The notes under the pieces were generated by a model that was given only the letters and a program-made list of their open reading frames with translations, was not told the DNA's origin and made no database searches. A stretch of 64,000 nt of DNA from Cycas panzhihuaensis (taxonomy: Eukaryota; Plantae; Cycadophyta), in NCBI GenBank assembly GCA_023213395.1, contig CM041465.1:212357741-212421740 (forward strand). The letters run 5' to 3'. This document shows positions 1-14,500 of this stretch, piece after piece (the stretch's first letter is position 1; each line of letters opens with the position of its first letter). The position numbers and the translations under genes are program-made.

Positions 1-131
1 CTTAGGGATGATGTAGAAGTTAAGAAAATACTTAATAGAGTGCAAATAAAAATATTTTTGTAAGAATATTTCAAACATAAAATATAGATATTATACAATA
101 TTGAATCTGAGTTATTTTAATTAGATTAAGT

Positions 132-1533
132 TGTTACTTTTCCATTCAATTTGGATCACCCAAGGTGAACTTCATAATTAAAACTATAAAAAATGGCATA
201 TTTCTCTTTGAAAATTGGCTTCTATATACATTTAGGGGTTTATTCTTTAAATTTGCTCACTATAAATACCTCTCCCTTAGGTCTATTTAGTCTTAAGAGG
301 TCTTTAGGTCTAAAACCCTAAAGTAACCCTCATCTCTTATTTGCTTATGCTTAAATAAGATATATATTAACTTGATTTTTGATATGTTATTACTTCTAGA
401 TTGAGGATTAATGTATCCCATATTCATTGTGATCACAATTTTAGAATATTTTTATTATTTTTGTCACCTTTTTACCATATCATATTTGTTCACTTTATAT
501 AGTGTGTTTGTTACTATGTCCATATTATATCTATTCTCTATTATCTACAACATCAATTATTCTCAAACTACATACTATTTACTACACATTTGCGATATCA
601 TCATGCTTATCTATGCAATACCACATCTCTTTTTATAACATTTCTAGTATCATTGTATGTTTTCTATATATTTCTATGGTATTTCCCATCTCTTTACAAC
701 ATCTATGATATTACTATAAATCTCCTTTGTATCTTCTATTATAATACTTTTTCATGCAATGTATCTCTTTGCATTTGTAACATTGCCAATAATGTTTTGT
801 TATTCTAGTATAGTATTACTTGTTCCTGTGATGTGTGTTGATCAACTTATTTTTATTATTTTACTATTTATCTTTTGTTTATATTTTTTTCTACTCTCAC
901 ACAATTATTCACTTGTTTCTTCTACTTATCTTATTTTCTTCTCTCACTATATTGATTTGGAAGAGCTCCCAAGTTATTTATTCACCCAACTTATATATAA
1001 TATCATAACTAAATGAAACAACTCTTAATTTTCTTTCTACTTAATATTTAACTTTCTTTAATAGATAGTAGATGCATTGTAGTTTTCTTTATTATGTTTT
1101 GCAAGTTGAAAGAAGCTTGGAAAAGGAAGAAATACTCACACTCCCATTCATCATCAAGTGGAAGCACCTCTTAAGCAATAAATTAGGTGATAGCCTTTAT
1201 TTCTTATTTGATTTATTTTATGTCTTTTATTTGATTGGTCTAGTAAGGAAAATAATAATAAGAAACATGTTAGTTTATTTTGAGAGAATATACACAATGA
1301 ATTAATGTAGTAAAAGAACATAGAGCCCCTCATAAGAGACATTTATTGTACTCTATAAATATACTTACCCTCTTTTATTTTGATATAATTAGTGGCCATA
1401 CACATACAAATATGGTCACTCACAAGAACAGTGTTCATTATAGGAGTGAGATTTATTAATTTCTTATAAGGATTATCTTAACTCTAAGCATTTCCTTAGA
1501 TTAAAAGAATAAGGCCCCCTTCTCAAATAAATA
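132..1533 (+). repeat. Probable 5' LTR of an ancient Ty3/gypsy (Athila/Tat-like) element; left boundary uncertain
   Basis: About 170-1405 aligns by eye with about 10195-11564, and about 1405-1533 aligns with 32378-32510. Followed at 1537-1554 by TAGTGATTATATCGGAGA, a possible decayed tRNA-Asp-type PBS (TGGCGACTC..TGGGGA). Confidence 0.6.
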
Positions 1534-4216
1534 TTTTAGTGATTATATCGGAGAACCATCACCTCTTTTATTATTCCCTTTGCTTTATTCTATGATATGA
1601 TTTTCATGTAGACTTAGAGGTCTTACTTAGAGTTTTCTATTATTACAATGGAGGGTGGCCCTCGCTCCTTTGGTCTTTCAAAAAAGAATGTCTTCATAAG
1701 AGACATTCTTAAGTATGAAGTAGCCTCATAACTCTTAGCACTTTGTCATCCAACTTCATATCCTTTGGAATGAGATATAGTTTCATCCTCTTATCCTTCC
1801 ATTAGGCCTTTAACTATGATTTAGTCACCTATTATCTTTCACATACAAACCTCTTCAACTAGTTCTTCATCCTTAACTTAATCTATACTAGCCTTTAGCT
1901 CTACTACCTAAAATCTTATATATGCTTTAAGTTATAATATCCTTATATCTAAATTCTTAGGTTCCACATGAATACACTCTTTCCTTTAATTAGACTAGTT
2001 ATACTCCTATGTTATAGGAACTTGAGTTACTAATCTCTCTTCTTCTACTTCTCTCCCTTTCACATAAAGCTCACCTTTTGTATCATTAGGGGTACTTCCA
2101 TCAATCTCTTAATAAGTTTCAATACTAATTGCCACTACAATTTCTCTTGGTTTAGCTTAAATACCTCAAGACCTTAAAGCTCTTGTTGCTATGCTAAATC
2201 ATAAAATAAATCCTCAATCTTTAACTTTAAGGTATTAAAAACCTCAAATTAATATTAAGTCACTTCTTAAACCACTATTGTCATCACTTAATAATCTAAC
2301 TTCTCAAGTGGACCCCCCTTCTCATTTTAGATCAGGGCCTTCTTCTTTACTTACCCTGTCATAAAATATTTTCTCATAAAATCCCATAGAAGCATTAAAC
2401 CCCATGGGGGAAACTAGCTTTTAAGTACCTTTGTATGCTTTTGCTAACCTGTAACCTTATAAAATCCCTCAAACCCTATCTCAATTTAGTTCATTAGCTC
2501 AATTTGGTCCTACTTTTCTACCCCCATAGTTTAACTAGTTCTTAAACCCTTTTATATAAACTATTCAACCTAATTGGTCTATTGTGAGAGTCACACAACC
2601 CACTTTTACTTAATAAAATATCCCTCATAGGTTTTCTCTATTTAGAATTAATTTAGTTGTACTACATATTTCTTATCTTACCATGGGCTTGATAGTCCTC
2701 ACCCAAGGATTTTATAGGTCCTATATGGATTATATGAATAACTCTTCTACTAGAAATATTCAAATATCTCCTTATTCCCTTCTTATCCCTTCATTACCTT
2801 ATTTTAAAAGTACATAGGGAGAGAAAGCTCAAAATCATGTTCATGCCTTTTATTTAACATGTTCATAATGGCAACAAAATAATAATGTTCTTTGCCTTAT
2901 TTCCTCATATACACTTTTTCTATAGCCATATAGCCTAATTTTTTAATCTCATAAATTGACTAAGTGAATTTGAGAGGTATTTAAAAGATTCACTTATCAA
3001 CTTCCAATAATTAAAACTTAGATATCTAGCATCCTATTTTAAAATTTTTATTTTTGCTTCTATATATATTTTTAAGATCTCTACATTTATATATAAACTT
3101 CCAAGAAAGGAAGACTAATAATGGTTCTTTTTCCTCTAAGCTAGATTAAATGTATGACATAAAGACCCAATGGTATCCAAACTTAAATACCCATTCAAAA
3201 TGGAGGATGTGAGTAAAGAATAAGTCCTAAGCCATACTATTACAATCCTTAATAAAGCCAATACTTAAAACTCTATTATATTGTAGAAAACACTATGTTA
3301 CTAGTTATAAATCATCATTAACTCCATTAACACCACATCTAATAAATTAGTTAGTATTAGCAGGTCCTAACGATATGAGTATAGATGGTAAGATTACAAG
3401 TTTTGGCAGCAAAACTTAAGATAAAAATTAACAAAATGGAATTGACCATAGTTATCAAATCAACCAATATCAAGTAGGATGTCCCAATGAAGGACTTCAA
3501 AAATATCTAAATGACTATAAAAATCTAATACCTAAAGAATAAAAGGTCATAGGATTTCAATTATATTTCAACTACTTGCAATCTATGTACTTGTAAAAGG
3601 AGAATTTTTTTTTAAATAGCAATGCAATACCTCAAATTGTAGTAAATATCACACGAGATGAGGGTCTAGATTTAGTAAATGAAGCAGCATTTTCAACTAA
3701 TAAAAGTAGACAATAATGAGTAAGCTTGAGTGGCCATATTACACTTAAATAGCATAGTATATGAATGGTAGTAGTATATGAAATAGACTAGATATAAATT
3801 CTAACCTCCATCATAGGATATATTTTGTAATTTTATTCCTTAAATGATTTGAGACTATCGTATAAAGTTTAGAAAATTAAACATATAGATTTGGTAGAGG
3901 AGTATGACATGGTCTTTACCAAATTAACTTACATACTTGAGGATATACTTAAAATAATTAAATTATATATCAACAACTTAACCATATAGATTTAAGCAAA
4001 TATCTTGACATAAGAACCATTAACCCTAAATAAAGTTATGCAATTGGCTCACATATATGAGGATAAGGTTAAGTCCTTAAGCAAAGTTAGGTCTAGGATT
4101 TATATCCCCTCTTTTGCTTAGATAAGCATAATAGTACCTTTCCAAGTAACATGGTGAAGGAAGAGGCATATAGTCTTTAATAAATCTCTTAATCTAACTA
4201 ACATACTTATTAACTT

Positions 4217-4750
4217 TGTTGGAATATTAGATTTCATAAATCTTAATATAATGTTTAATTAGTGGATGAGTTGTCATTAGTCAATGTATAAAGGTTCTTA
4301 CATATGGCCTTATTGGTCAATTTATTAATATGATATCATTAATTGGTGATGTACTTATATCCTATTGGATATATATGAGGTGATGGATCTATAAATATGT
4401 ACATATATTAAAAGCATATTTAAGATGAGATAATAAAAGAGACCTAAGCTCCACCTATCTCTTGTGGGATTTTCCTTCTAACATTTTCCACATATAAATC
4501 TAGTGTCTTATAATAGTATCCTTCCTATGTGTGAATATTATTATATTAATATGTATATATCTTCATTTAATATACTTGATGATTATCTTAAACACCTCAT
4601 GAATGATTTATATTTTATTTATTATTCATATAAATTTTATGTTAATATGAATACTCCATACAATCTTACCTACTTAGATTATATAAGTTACTATCAAAAT
4701 TTTAATTATGTATTAGAACCTATACAAGAATTTTAGTATGGTATCAGAGC
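4217..4750 (+). mobile_element. LTR-like segment followed by tRNA-iMet primer-binding site
   Basis: Starts TGTTGG at 4217; perfect TGGTATCAGAGC at 4739-4750. Partner LTR not found. Confidence 0.5.
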
Positions 4751-5299
4751 CTAAGTTGAAGGTCCTAAGGAGACATCATATCAAAGTGGTGCAACAAAAG
4801 TCAAATAAAGCTAACTAAAGTGGGATGTCGAAGATCACACACATATGGTGATAATCTTTGCCATCCAAGGATGATCCATATGTGCATTGTATGAGCTAAT
4901 ATCGATGGTAGTATGAGCCAATATTAGGAGGCAGTATAGAGAGATCATTTGATGAGCTAAAAGCTAAATGACTATGTATCAAGGGCATGAGGATAATATT
5001 AAAGTTTAAAATAATGGTGAGGATTTGATTATTAATTTTATGTGTACATTATTCACATATGTTACTAACATACTCTTGAGACATGTAGGTTCTCTAAAGA
5101 GTCTACATAAGGTTGATAAGGAAGAAGGTTATTATTTCTTTCATTCATTGATATAGGCCTTTAAAGTGGATAAAAGTATAATATATAGATATCTATGTAC
5201 TACAAGCATCATGTCACATATTATGGATTGTATTTATAAAGGATATTACAAGCATCCCAATGGAAATTTTCTACTATGTCGCACCATTATTCTTCAAGT

Positions 5300-7384
5300 T
5301 TAAGTGAAATATTCACCATTAAATTATTAATAAATCATGATGTTGACAAGTATATTTTAGTAAGAAGTTAGGGTTTTATAAAGATTTTTTAAGAAACAAT
5401 GACAATTTTGATAAATTAATGGGTGAGAAACTAAGATTTGAAAGAATTCTATAGTATGTTTAGATTTGAAAGATATTATTATGAGGGCATATTTATAGTG
5501 AAATGATAGTAAGTAATGACTCCTATCATCTCTAATCCACTTACCATTAAATGTGATACATCTGAGACAAGATTAAGAGCATTTCTTCTGCAAGAATAAA
5601 GAGCAATCACCTTGAAAAGTAGAAAATTAAATAATCATGAATAACTCAAATCTCCATATGACAAATAAATTTTAGCCATAATAAATGCCCTATAAAAATG
5701 GTGACAATACCTTTTGGGTGGTAAATTCATAGTTAAAACATACTATAATAACTTGTAGTACATCTTAAATAAAAGAGAACTATCTTCAAAACAATAAAAG
5801 TAAATAAGCAAATTATAGGCATTCAATTTCAAGATAGTATATAATAAAAGGAATCTCAATATGGTCAGAGACATCCTATCTTGAAAGGAGGTGGAACCGT
5901 AGCTCCACACTGTTTCTATGGCATTTTATGAGTTGGATAGAAGATACTTAAGTAGAATATGCTAAGAATATAGAGGTTTAATAGCTTCTAGTTGAGATAC
6001 AATAATGTAAATAAGATAACTTTGAATAAAATAATAATACCATATGGTATAAAGGAAGAATATTTTTATGTCTTGATTCTAAGTTTTATAAGAAGATTAT
6101 GGAAGAGGGGCATTCAATTCCAATGGCAAGCCATAAAAGATTATTTAAGATGTATCTTTAAGTCAAGCAATCATTTTACTTGAGGGGGATAAAAAAAGAA
6201 ATCTAAAAATTTATGGCCAAATGCCTAATATATCAAACAACCAAGTATAAATACAAAACTTCATTAGGACTCCTTTAACCCTCACTTATTCCTCAACAAA
6301 AATGGGAAAGTATTAATATGGATTTCATAATTAGCATACCAAAATTAAAGGGCAAAGATACAATCTATGTAGTTGTCAATTACCTAACTAAATTTACATA
6401 CATTATGGCAATACAATCCATATATAAGGCCTTTAAAATAGTTGTAATATTTATGAAATAAGCTCATTACCTATATAGATTTTTATAAGTTATCATAAGT
6501 AATAAATATCCTAAATTCTTGAGTCATTTTTGGTAAGAGTAATTTAAATGTGTGAGAGCCACATTAACCATAAGTACTGGTTACCATCTAAAAACCAATG
6601 GATAGATAAAAGTTATAAATAAATACCTAGAAGGTTACTCAAAGAATTATGTGATAGACAAGTATAATACTTAGGTCATATAGTTACACCTCATAGAAGC
6701 ATGGTGTAATTCCACATTCCAAATAACCATTTAGATGTTACCTTTTAGTGCATTGTATGGTTATAACTTAAACAAACTAAAATATTAGGTGATTAAGGAT
6801 ATTTATGTTCTAAAAATTAGGGGTTATTTATAGGACACTTAGGACACCATTAATATCTTGAAAAATCACTTAACATGAGCCTAGAATCAAATAAAGTAAT
6901 AGGCAACTAAGCATTGCATAGAATATGAATATACAAAAGGAGTTTGGCTCTATGTCTGATTGTAACCCTATAAACATGCCTCACTCAAAAGAATATAATA
7001 GGAAAAGTTAATTCTTAGATACTATGGACCCAATTAGATGAAAGAACAAACTTATAACATTACTTACAACTTAGAGCTTATATTATTTAGTTATATATAC
7101 AATGTTTTTTTACATCTCCTATTTGAAGAAGAAGATTAGGGAACTCACTCTAATGTGTATTTAGATTCCTCTCTTAGGTGAAGAGGGGAAGTTAATCCTA
7201 ATTCTTGAATCCATATTACAATCTCATGATAACTAATTATGTACTAAGATGATTCAGGAGTATCTCATTAAATGGAAGCAATTACCAGCAAAAAATGCAA
7301 TATAAGAGCCAATAATAATCTTTGAATAGTTTCTAAAACTGTGACCATGGTATTTGAGAACAAACCATCTTAAAGGGGAGGACT
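5300..7384 (+). mobile_element. Degenerate chromovirus-type Ty3/gypsy pol (RNase H, integrase, chromodomain) and PPT
   Basis: RNase H-like KW.QYLLGGKFIVKT (about 5695-5740); integrase PQQKWESINMDFIISIPKLKGKDTIYVVV (about 6290-6380); chromodomain IQEYLIKWKQLPAKNA (about 7250-7300); purine tract AAAGGGGAGGA at about 7372-7382. Multiple stops and frameshifts. Confidence 0.8.
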
Positions 7385-10194
7385 TATTATGGACTAACTT
7401 ATAAAACTTAATTAATTAGGATTTTATATTAATTAGATAGGGAAAAGTCATATCCTTTAGGGGAAAAAAAACCCTTCTAACCAATATAAATACCTAATTA
7501 TATAATGACTTTGTCATCATATTTTATTAACATCATTTATTGAAGTTTCTATATTATTCTTAGCATTCTACTATGTAATTTTTTATCTTGTTTATTAAGT
7601 TCTCTAGTATTTAGACTACAGTTCCATTTAGAAGTGTTGAAGATGAACCCCTCTTATGATCAGGATGCCCTTAATAATGTTCTTGTATATAAGATATTCA
7701 AAATCCAAGCTAGCATTAAGTCTCTTCCAAAGCCTCTTGGCTACAAATAAGATAAACCTAAACCTTCTAATAAACTTAAATCAATCACATAAGCCAAAAT
7801 ATTAGACCTATTTATTTTGGCTCTTTGTAACTAAGAACATAAATTGAGTGTCCCTAAAACTAATACTAGAAACAACTCATAAGCAGAGGAATCTTCTAGA
7901 ACTACTACTCTTGTTAAAATATGCATCCCTCTACTTAAAGGTTATACTAGACGATGGTGCTCTCTACATAAAATAAAGAGTCATACTAATATTGAGTGTT
8001 GGACTTTAAGTAAAATAAAATTTCAAGCCCATACTTAAAATCAATCCAAACTTAATTTGGATCAGCCCACTCATAATGATAATAACAACAATAAGAGAGA
8101 CAAAACAATGATACTAAATTGCTCAAATTTGATACTTCTTCTCAATCTTTCAAAGAATATAACCCTTTGTCCAACAAGGGGCAATTTATTCCTTCTAAAA
8201 TAGATCTTCTCCTCATAGATAAAGGAAAAGTATAATTAATTTTATTCTCCCTTATACATCTTCCTAAGAAGTAAATCATTTACTTAGCTATAAGCAAATG
8301 GTTCTTTCTAAAGAAGATCTTCCCCTTTTGAGCATAAGAAAAAGGTTAATTAATTGAGATTTTCTTAAACTATTATTTATACAATGAGGATAAACTACAA
8401 CTTTGAAAGTTTAAACTACTAAGGATCCTAAACTATAGTAAGCCACATTTATATACTCTAATACAAGTAGAAATTAAGTTCATATTTTTTTAGCCATTAG
8501 TTTAATATTCTTTTGCTCTTATTACATATACCTATATGATCTCTTATAATTCCTATAGTATAAAATTTGCTTGAGCTACTTAATTATACCCTGATATTTT
8601 TCTCACATATATATATATATATCAGTACCCTTGACCCAAATTAGAAATTAACATCTAATTAGCACTCTTAAAATTTCTCATAGTTTGGTCTATAAGACAA
8701 CACTTTGATCATGTTAGTCTTTATATTTTGTTAAATGCATTATGCAGTTAGGTATACATCCTTAAAATGATTGATTTCTCCTCATTTATATGTAAAGATA
8801 ATTATGATATCTTGAGTCCCTTAGGCTTGATTAGATGAGGTTATTATGTTATTTACAAGTTTAATAGTGGTTAGGTTTCTCTAGTTTTACATAGCCATTC
8901 ACTAAACCATAAATCTATATAATAGGAGGTGGGGGGGATTATAAGATTTAACACACCCTCCTCCCCCCACCCAAGAAAAAACAGAAATAAAAAAGAAGGC
9001 TTTATCACATATATTGGCATACTCATGAGTTCAATTTTGACCAGATCATGAATTTTCACATAGTCATTCATTAAACTATAGACTTATTCCATCTCACATA
9101 TATACATAATCTTGACCGATAAGTTCAGTGGTGTTTAGTTCATATGGCTTCACATTATCATTTGCTAGACCATGGGCTAGATTGGTATACACAAAAAAGA
9201 TGTTATAACTATATGGAGTGAGATATAAAAATTGTCATTCTTGGATATCACATCTTGAGTTAACTTTTATTAGGGCATAGAGATTCTGTATTACTATACT
9301 ATTTTCCTTATTAACTGATTTCCTCATGCTCCCATATTTATTAAATTATCCTTTTCCATGTAGGCCTTAGATTACTACTTCCATTTATTATGGTATTATT
9401 CATTCACATGTATGGAATAAGTTGAGGAAATATTGATCTTCCTACTATTATTTAGATCACTTAAGATCACACTAGTAGTTTGATGTTTTATGTAAGGTTA
9501 TTCATCTTTACCATACTCAAAAAATTGTAAAACTAAAACATTCTAGATTCAATCCCTAGTATGTCACTTACATATAACCTTAGTATAAAATATTAATAAT
9601 ATTGTATATACATATATAAGACATGATATTAATAATATTCTCTCTTTATTACGTGAGTTCCACTAAGCTCCATTATTAAGTAAGTAAATTATTTCTTTAA
9701 TTTTGGGCCCCTTACCCAAACTCAAAGCATATTAACTATAATTTCTTTTCTCATGCAATAAATGTATGTTTTCCACTTATCATTTACTTGATGTTGCATT
9801 CGATTACTTACATTTACTTGACATTTGTCTTACATTATATTTGATTGAGCTTTTCTTTTTAGCTATGCAGATTTATATTTCTCATAATGATTATATCTTC
9901 AATAATGTAGTGTGTTATTGAAGTACAATAATAAAATAAGTCGATACTCATGAAAATCATCATTTCATCCATTGTGATATATTTTTTTATTACTTTCACT
10001 AACATCTATCTTTATTTAAATTTTTTTACCTTAATTTTCAATGAAATTGCCTCTCTTACATAGCCCATTACATAGATCTCCTTAAGTAGATATGAATTAT
10101 TTGGTCATAGATAAAAAATAAATAATGTATGAGGAAGTTATACTACTTTATATTTCTATTTTCTCCCATTAACCTAGTTTCATAATTCTTAAGG

Positions 10195-10957
10195 CTAACT
10201 CCATAATTAAAACTCTAAAATATAACATATTTCTCTCACAATTTAACTTTTATATGGTTCTAATGGTTTATTCTCTAAATTTACTAACTATAAACACCTT
10301 TTCCTTAAGTTTATTTGGTCCTAAGAGGTATTTAGATCTAAAACCATAAAGCAACCCTCATCCCTTATTTGTTTACACTTAAATAAGGTAGTTCTCTAAA
10401 TTTTCTCATTATAAATACTTCTTCCTTAAGTTTATTTAGTCCTAAAAGGTCTTTAGGTCTAGAATCATAAAGCAATCCTCATCCCTCGTTTGTTTATGCT
10501 AAAAAAAGACATATATTTACTTGATTTCTAATATGTTATTATTGTTGTATCAAGAATATACACATGCCTTATTTTTTATGATCATGATTTCATAATATAC
10601 TTATTATTTCTATTGTATTTTCTACCATACTATGTTTATTTACTCTATACCATGCATTTGTACCTATGAATATATTATGTTTATTCTTTTATTATTTATG
10701 CGGCATCAGTTATTCTAATACCATATATTATTTACTGAACATCTGTAGTATCACAACACTTATCTCTATAGTACTACATCTCTCTTTACAACATTTACAG
10801 TACCACTATAGGTTTTCCACATATTTCTATAATGTTACTTTTTCGTATCATGTATCTCTTTGCATCTATAGCATCGTCACAACTCTTCTATTATTCTGTT
10901 ACAGTATTACTTATTCCTATGACATATATTGATTAGTTTATTTTTATTATTTCATTA

Positions 10958-11039
<82 letters not shown>

Positions 11040-11564
11040 TTTATTTTGCTCTTGCATAATTATTCACTTGATTATTCTACTTATCTTGTTTTCTTATCTC
11101 ATTATATTACTTTGGAAGAGATCCCAAGGCATTTATTTGTACGACTTATATATAATCTAATCATTAGATGATGCAACTCCTAATTTCCTTTTAATTTAAG
11201 ATATAATTCTTTTTTAATAAATAACATGTACCTTGTAGTTATCTTTAGCATTATTTATTAGGTTGAAAGAAGATTAGATAAGGAAGGAATACCTACACTC
11301 TCACTCACTATCAACCAAAAGTACCTCATAAATAATAAACTAGGTAAGAGCCAATATGCCTTGTTTGATTTGTTTTGAGTCATTTGTTAGATTAATCTAG
11401 TAAAGGAAATAATAATAAGGGACATATTAGTTAATTTTAGAAAAGTATATAAAATAAATTAAAGTGGTAAAAGAACTGAGAGCCACTCATAAAATATATC
11501 CGTTACACTCTACAAACACACTCATATTGTTATATTTTAATATAATCAGTGACCATACATACAC
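10195..11564 (+). repeat. Probable 3' LTR of the ancient gypsy element, left part (continues at 32378-32510)
   Basis: Homologous to about 170-1405; contains a roughly 120-bp tandem duplication (10271-10510) and an (AT)n run at 10961-11036. Confidence 0.65.
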
Positions 11565-14500
11565 TATTATGAACTAAAGTTTATGACTTGAGGATAGAAG
11601 CATGATCATAGGAGGAAAAAAGCACGAGTACAAGAATTATATAAAATTGTTCAATGGTTAAAGACCAAGTAATAGATTAATAAATGAATGATGATACACG
11701 TTACAATGGTCTCATAAATATGTACATGATATAATGTCCTTTAACAAATAAGTGTAACCATTCAAATCTGCCTCTTGATAATAATTAGATAAATAATCAT
11801 TATTAATTAGGGTTATAATAATACCCCTTTCTTGAAATGCTTCATCCATGAAGCATATTTTAAAATGACATCTTGATGTTACCTCTTACTAATAAGAGGA
11901 TGCCATAATCATCTTATGTGTGGCATCCAGATGTAATTATCTGAGCTTTAAACAAATAACAAATACACAAATAGGGATAATCTTAGACAAGTTAATATTG
12001 TTATCAATTAGTTAGAATCCTTTGATAAATGCTAACTCAAATATTGTTGGATTTCTCTTTGGTCTATTGTGTTATCGAAAGATCATTACTAAATTATCTT
12101 CTATTTGACTTTGACTTCAAATTCTAAATCAATATTAGGTTATGAATAATCACCATTTTCAAAATCATTAAATATATTTTTCTAAAAAGTCATTATTAGT
12201 GTTATTAATTGATGGTATCATTTCAATGTATAAGATTTTATACTACATTTTAGATTTTGCTTAGGTTGATTAGAACATGAGTTTATTATTACTTGTAGTA
12301 GTAAGTTCTACTCAATTTAATTAAGAGATGAGAGCATTACCATTAATATAAATGATTTTTTTGATATACATTCAATAACTTTTTTTTAATCATGAATTAT
12401 TATATATTTTTTTAGGAATAGCACAAGGCTTTCGTCCTCATCAACTATCAATATTTCATCCTTATTTTCCTTTTGTTTATTATCTTTTTCTTTCCATGTG
12501 ATCAAATTATATATTGGAATAATGATTTTCCTTATGAATTGCTTACAATTTATAGACCATTTTTTTGTTTATGTTGCATGATCTTGTACTCAATTATCTT
12601 TTAATATAGGTATGTTATTGTCATCCACTTGCCTTACAAATTTATCTATATGTTCTTCATGACTTTTAATTGAGTTTTTTCTAATGTAAGTTTTGTAACC
12701 TTCTTAATTGCTCTTTTAATTTTTTATCTAATACTAATAAGAGTATCATTGAGGCTTACCAATGTTGAAGAATACTCCAAGCAATTGAATGATCTTTGGT
12801 GAAAGAATTCATCATCATTTCCATCTTTATATATAAACTTATGCTTGGCTTCCATAATGCTTCCTAGCTAAGGATTCTCCTACTATATAAGAAATAATAT
12901 ATTAACACTCCACGTATGTTTGGTGTTAGTTTGGGTCAGGTTAAGTCTAACTTATGGGAAAAGCATTCTTTTACAATCTTCTTGGATGCATAGATAGTGA
13001 ATCTTGTTACTTCATATCTTTGAATCATTGGTGAAATTTTTTATGTAATGAAGGCTAATGATTTACATAATACATCTAATATCTTGAGTTATTCAGAAAG
13101 CATCAAGGATTGTAAGCTTAATATAACACTTGGTCATGTAGGGTTGTTGGGAATGCTTACAACTAATGATCCTTATTAGTTTCACCATTGACCATAACTA
13201 TCACTATAGTTTTGTATGTAACTTTTAAAGTGTAATAGAAGTGATATTATATAGAAGGGATAAAAGAATGTTGGATGGAAGGAAAAAATGCAGAAGGGGT
13301 CAGAAACACAGGTGGAAAATAGACAGACAGATAGATGGGCTACACGTTTGAATATAGACGCAAATCTACAATACATGACATATGCATGTCTTTAGGGACT
13401 ATAAAAGGCCATAATAGTTTAGGCACCAATGTAGATCTATGGTGGCATCTCTTATTTTAATAATTTCTATCAAATGTTGAAGTTGGTCTATTCCAAAAAT
13501 AAAAAACTTTTATAGAGACCATAGATTTCTAGAAGCTTCAGGACTTTTTGGATGCCATCCTTCCTCTGATTATTTTTCTCCCAAGGCTTTGTAGGGATTT
13601 TTTTTGTTTAGTCTATAGATCATTCTGGTTAGCCAGTGGAGTTGGTGTTGGATGAGGATCTTTTGTTGTTCATCTTCTTTCAATAAGGGTACATGCTTTT
13701 ACTCATAGTTTCATGTGCTAATTTCAGATAGATCTTCTTAAAAGTCCTTGCTTTAGACCTTTGTTCCTGAATCCTTTATTCTTTTAGGGTCATGTGCTAT
13801 TTCATGTTTACGCATGAAGTTGCATGTGACATTAATATATAGATCCACCATTAGAAACCTTGAATCTAAGGTAAGATCCTTGTTGTCTCAATATTTCTTC
13901 TCTTTAGAAAAGCATAGAGTCAAATTTTGTTATTTTTTTGTGTGAGCTTTATAGAGGAGTTCTCATCCCAATTTAAAATATTAGGTAGGATATCTGGCCT
14001 CAATCTATATAGGCTTTAGAATCACTCTGAGATCTCCTTATGAAGAAATGTGCTTAGCTTGGCTTATCAACCATGGAACATAATAGTCTCCTAAATTAAG
14101 TTCATGACCTTTTTCTTTTCAATCCACAAGTTCTAGCTTCCGAGGCTTGGGTCCCACAACATGATAATCAAGAAAATTCTACTAATAAGGATCTCCTTAA
14201 CACACTATCAAGAATGATGGATTATAAAACTAATACCATTACCTTCCTAGTTGAGGATGTTAAGAGTATTAATATGGAGCTTTAGGCAAAAACTCTCATT
14301 GGTAAATTTAATAATCTCTATCCTCCTACATAGTCCTTAGAATAATGGGTAAAAATAGTTTAGGGCCCCTTTCTCTCGAGTCAAGTTATCTTTAAACTAA
14401 AAGGGAAAGGCTTCTTCAATATTTTCTTCTCTAATATAATAGATCTAGAAAAAGTTTTATATGGAGGTCCTTGGTTTATGAGAAATTCAGGTGTAGCTCT

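Larger units (their letters stand above)
1534..10190 (+). mobile_element. Heavily degenerate internal region of the ancient gypsy element, interrupted by younger insertions
   Basis: Gag-like remnant near 2795-2915 (LPYFKST.GEKAQNHVHAFYLTC); WCSLHKIKSHTNIECW knuckle-like remnant near 7955-8005; many stop codons; lies between the two LTR-like copies. Confidence 0.5.

Noticed and set aside
411-1342. Hydrophobic short ORFs (also 10666-11171, 24213-24693, 34015-34867, 36063-38290 and paralogs)
   Set aside because: Chance frames in LTR, leader, intron or intergenic DNA; frames are not preserved between repeat copies.
3171-3182. PBS-like TGGTATCCAAAC and gag-like remnant at about 3850-4070
   Set aside because: No LTR pair or TSD could be assigned, so it is not called as a separate element.
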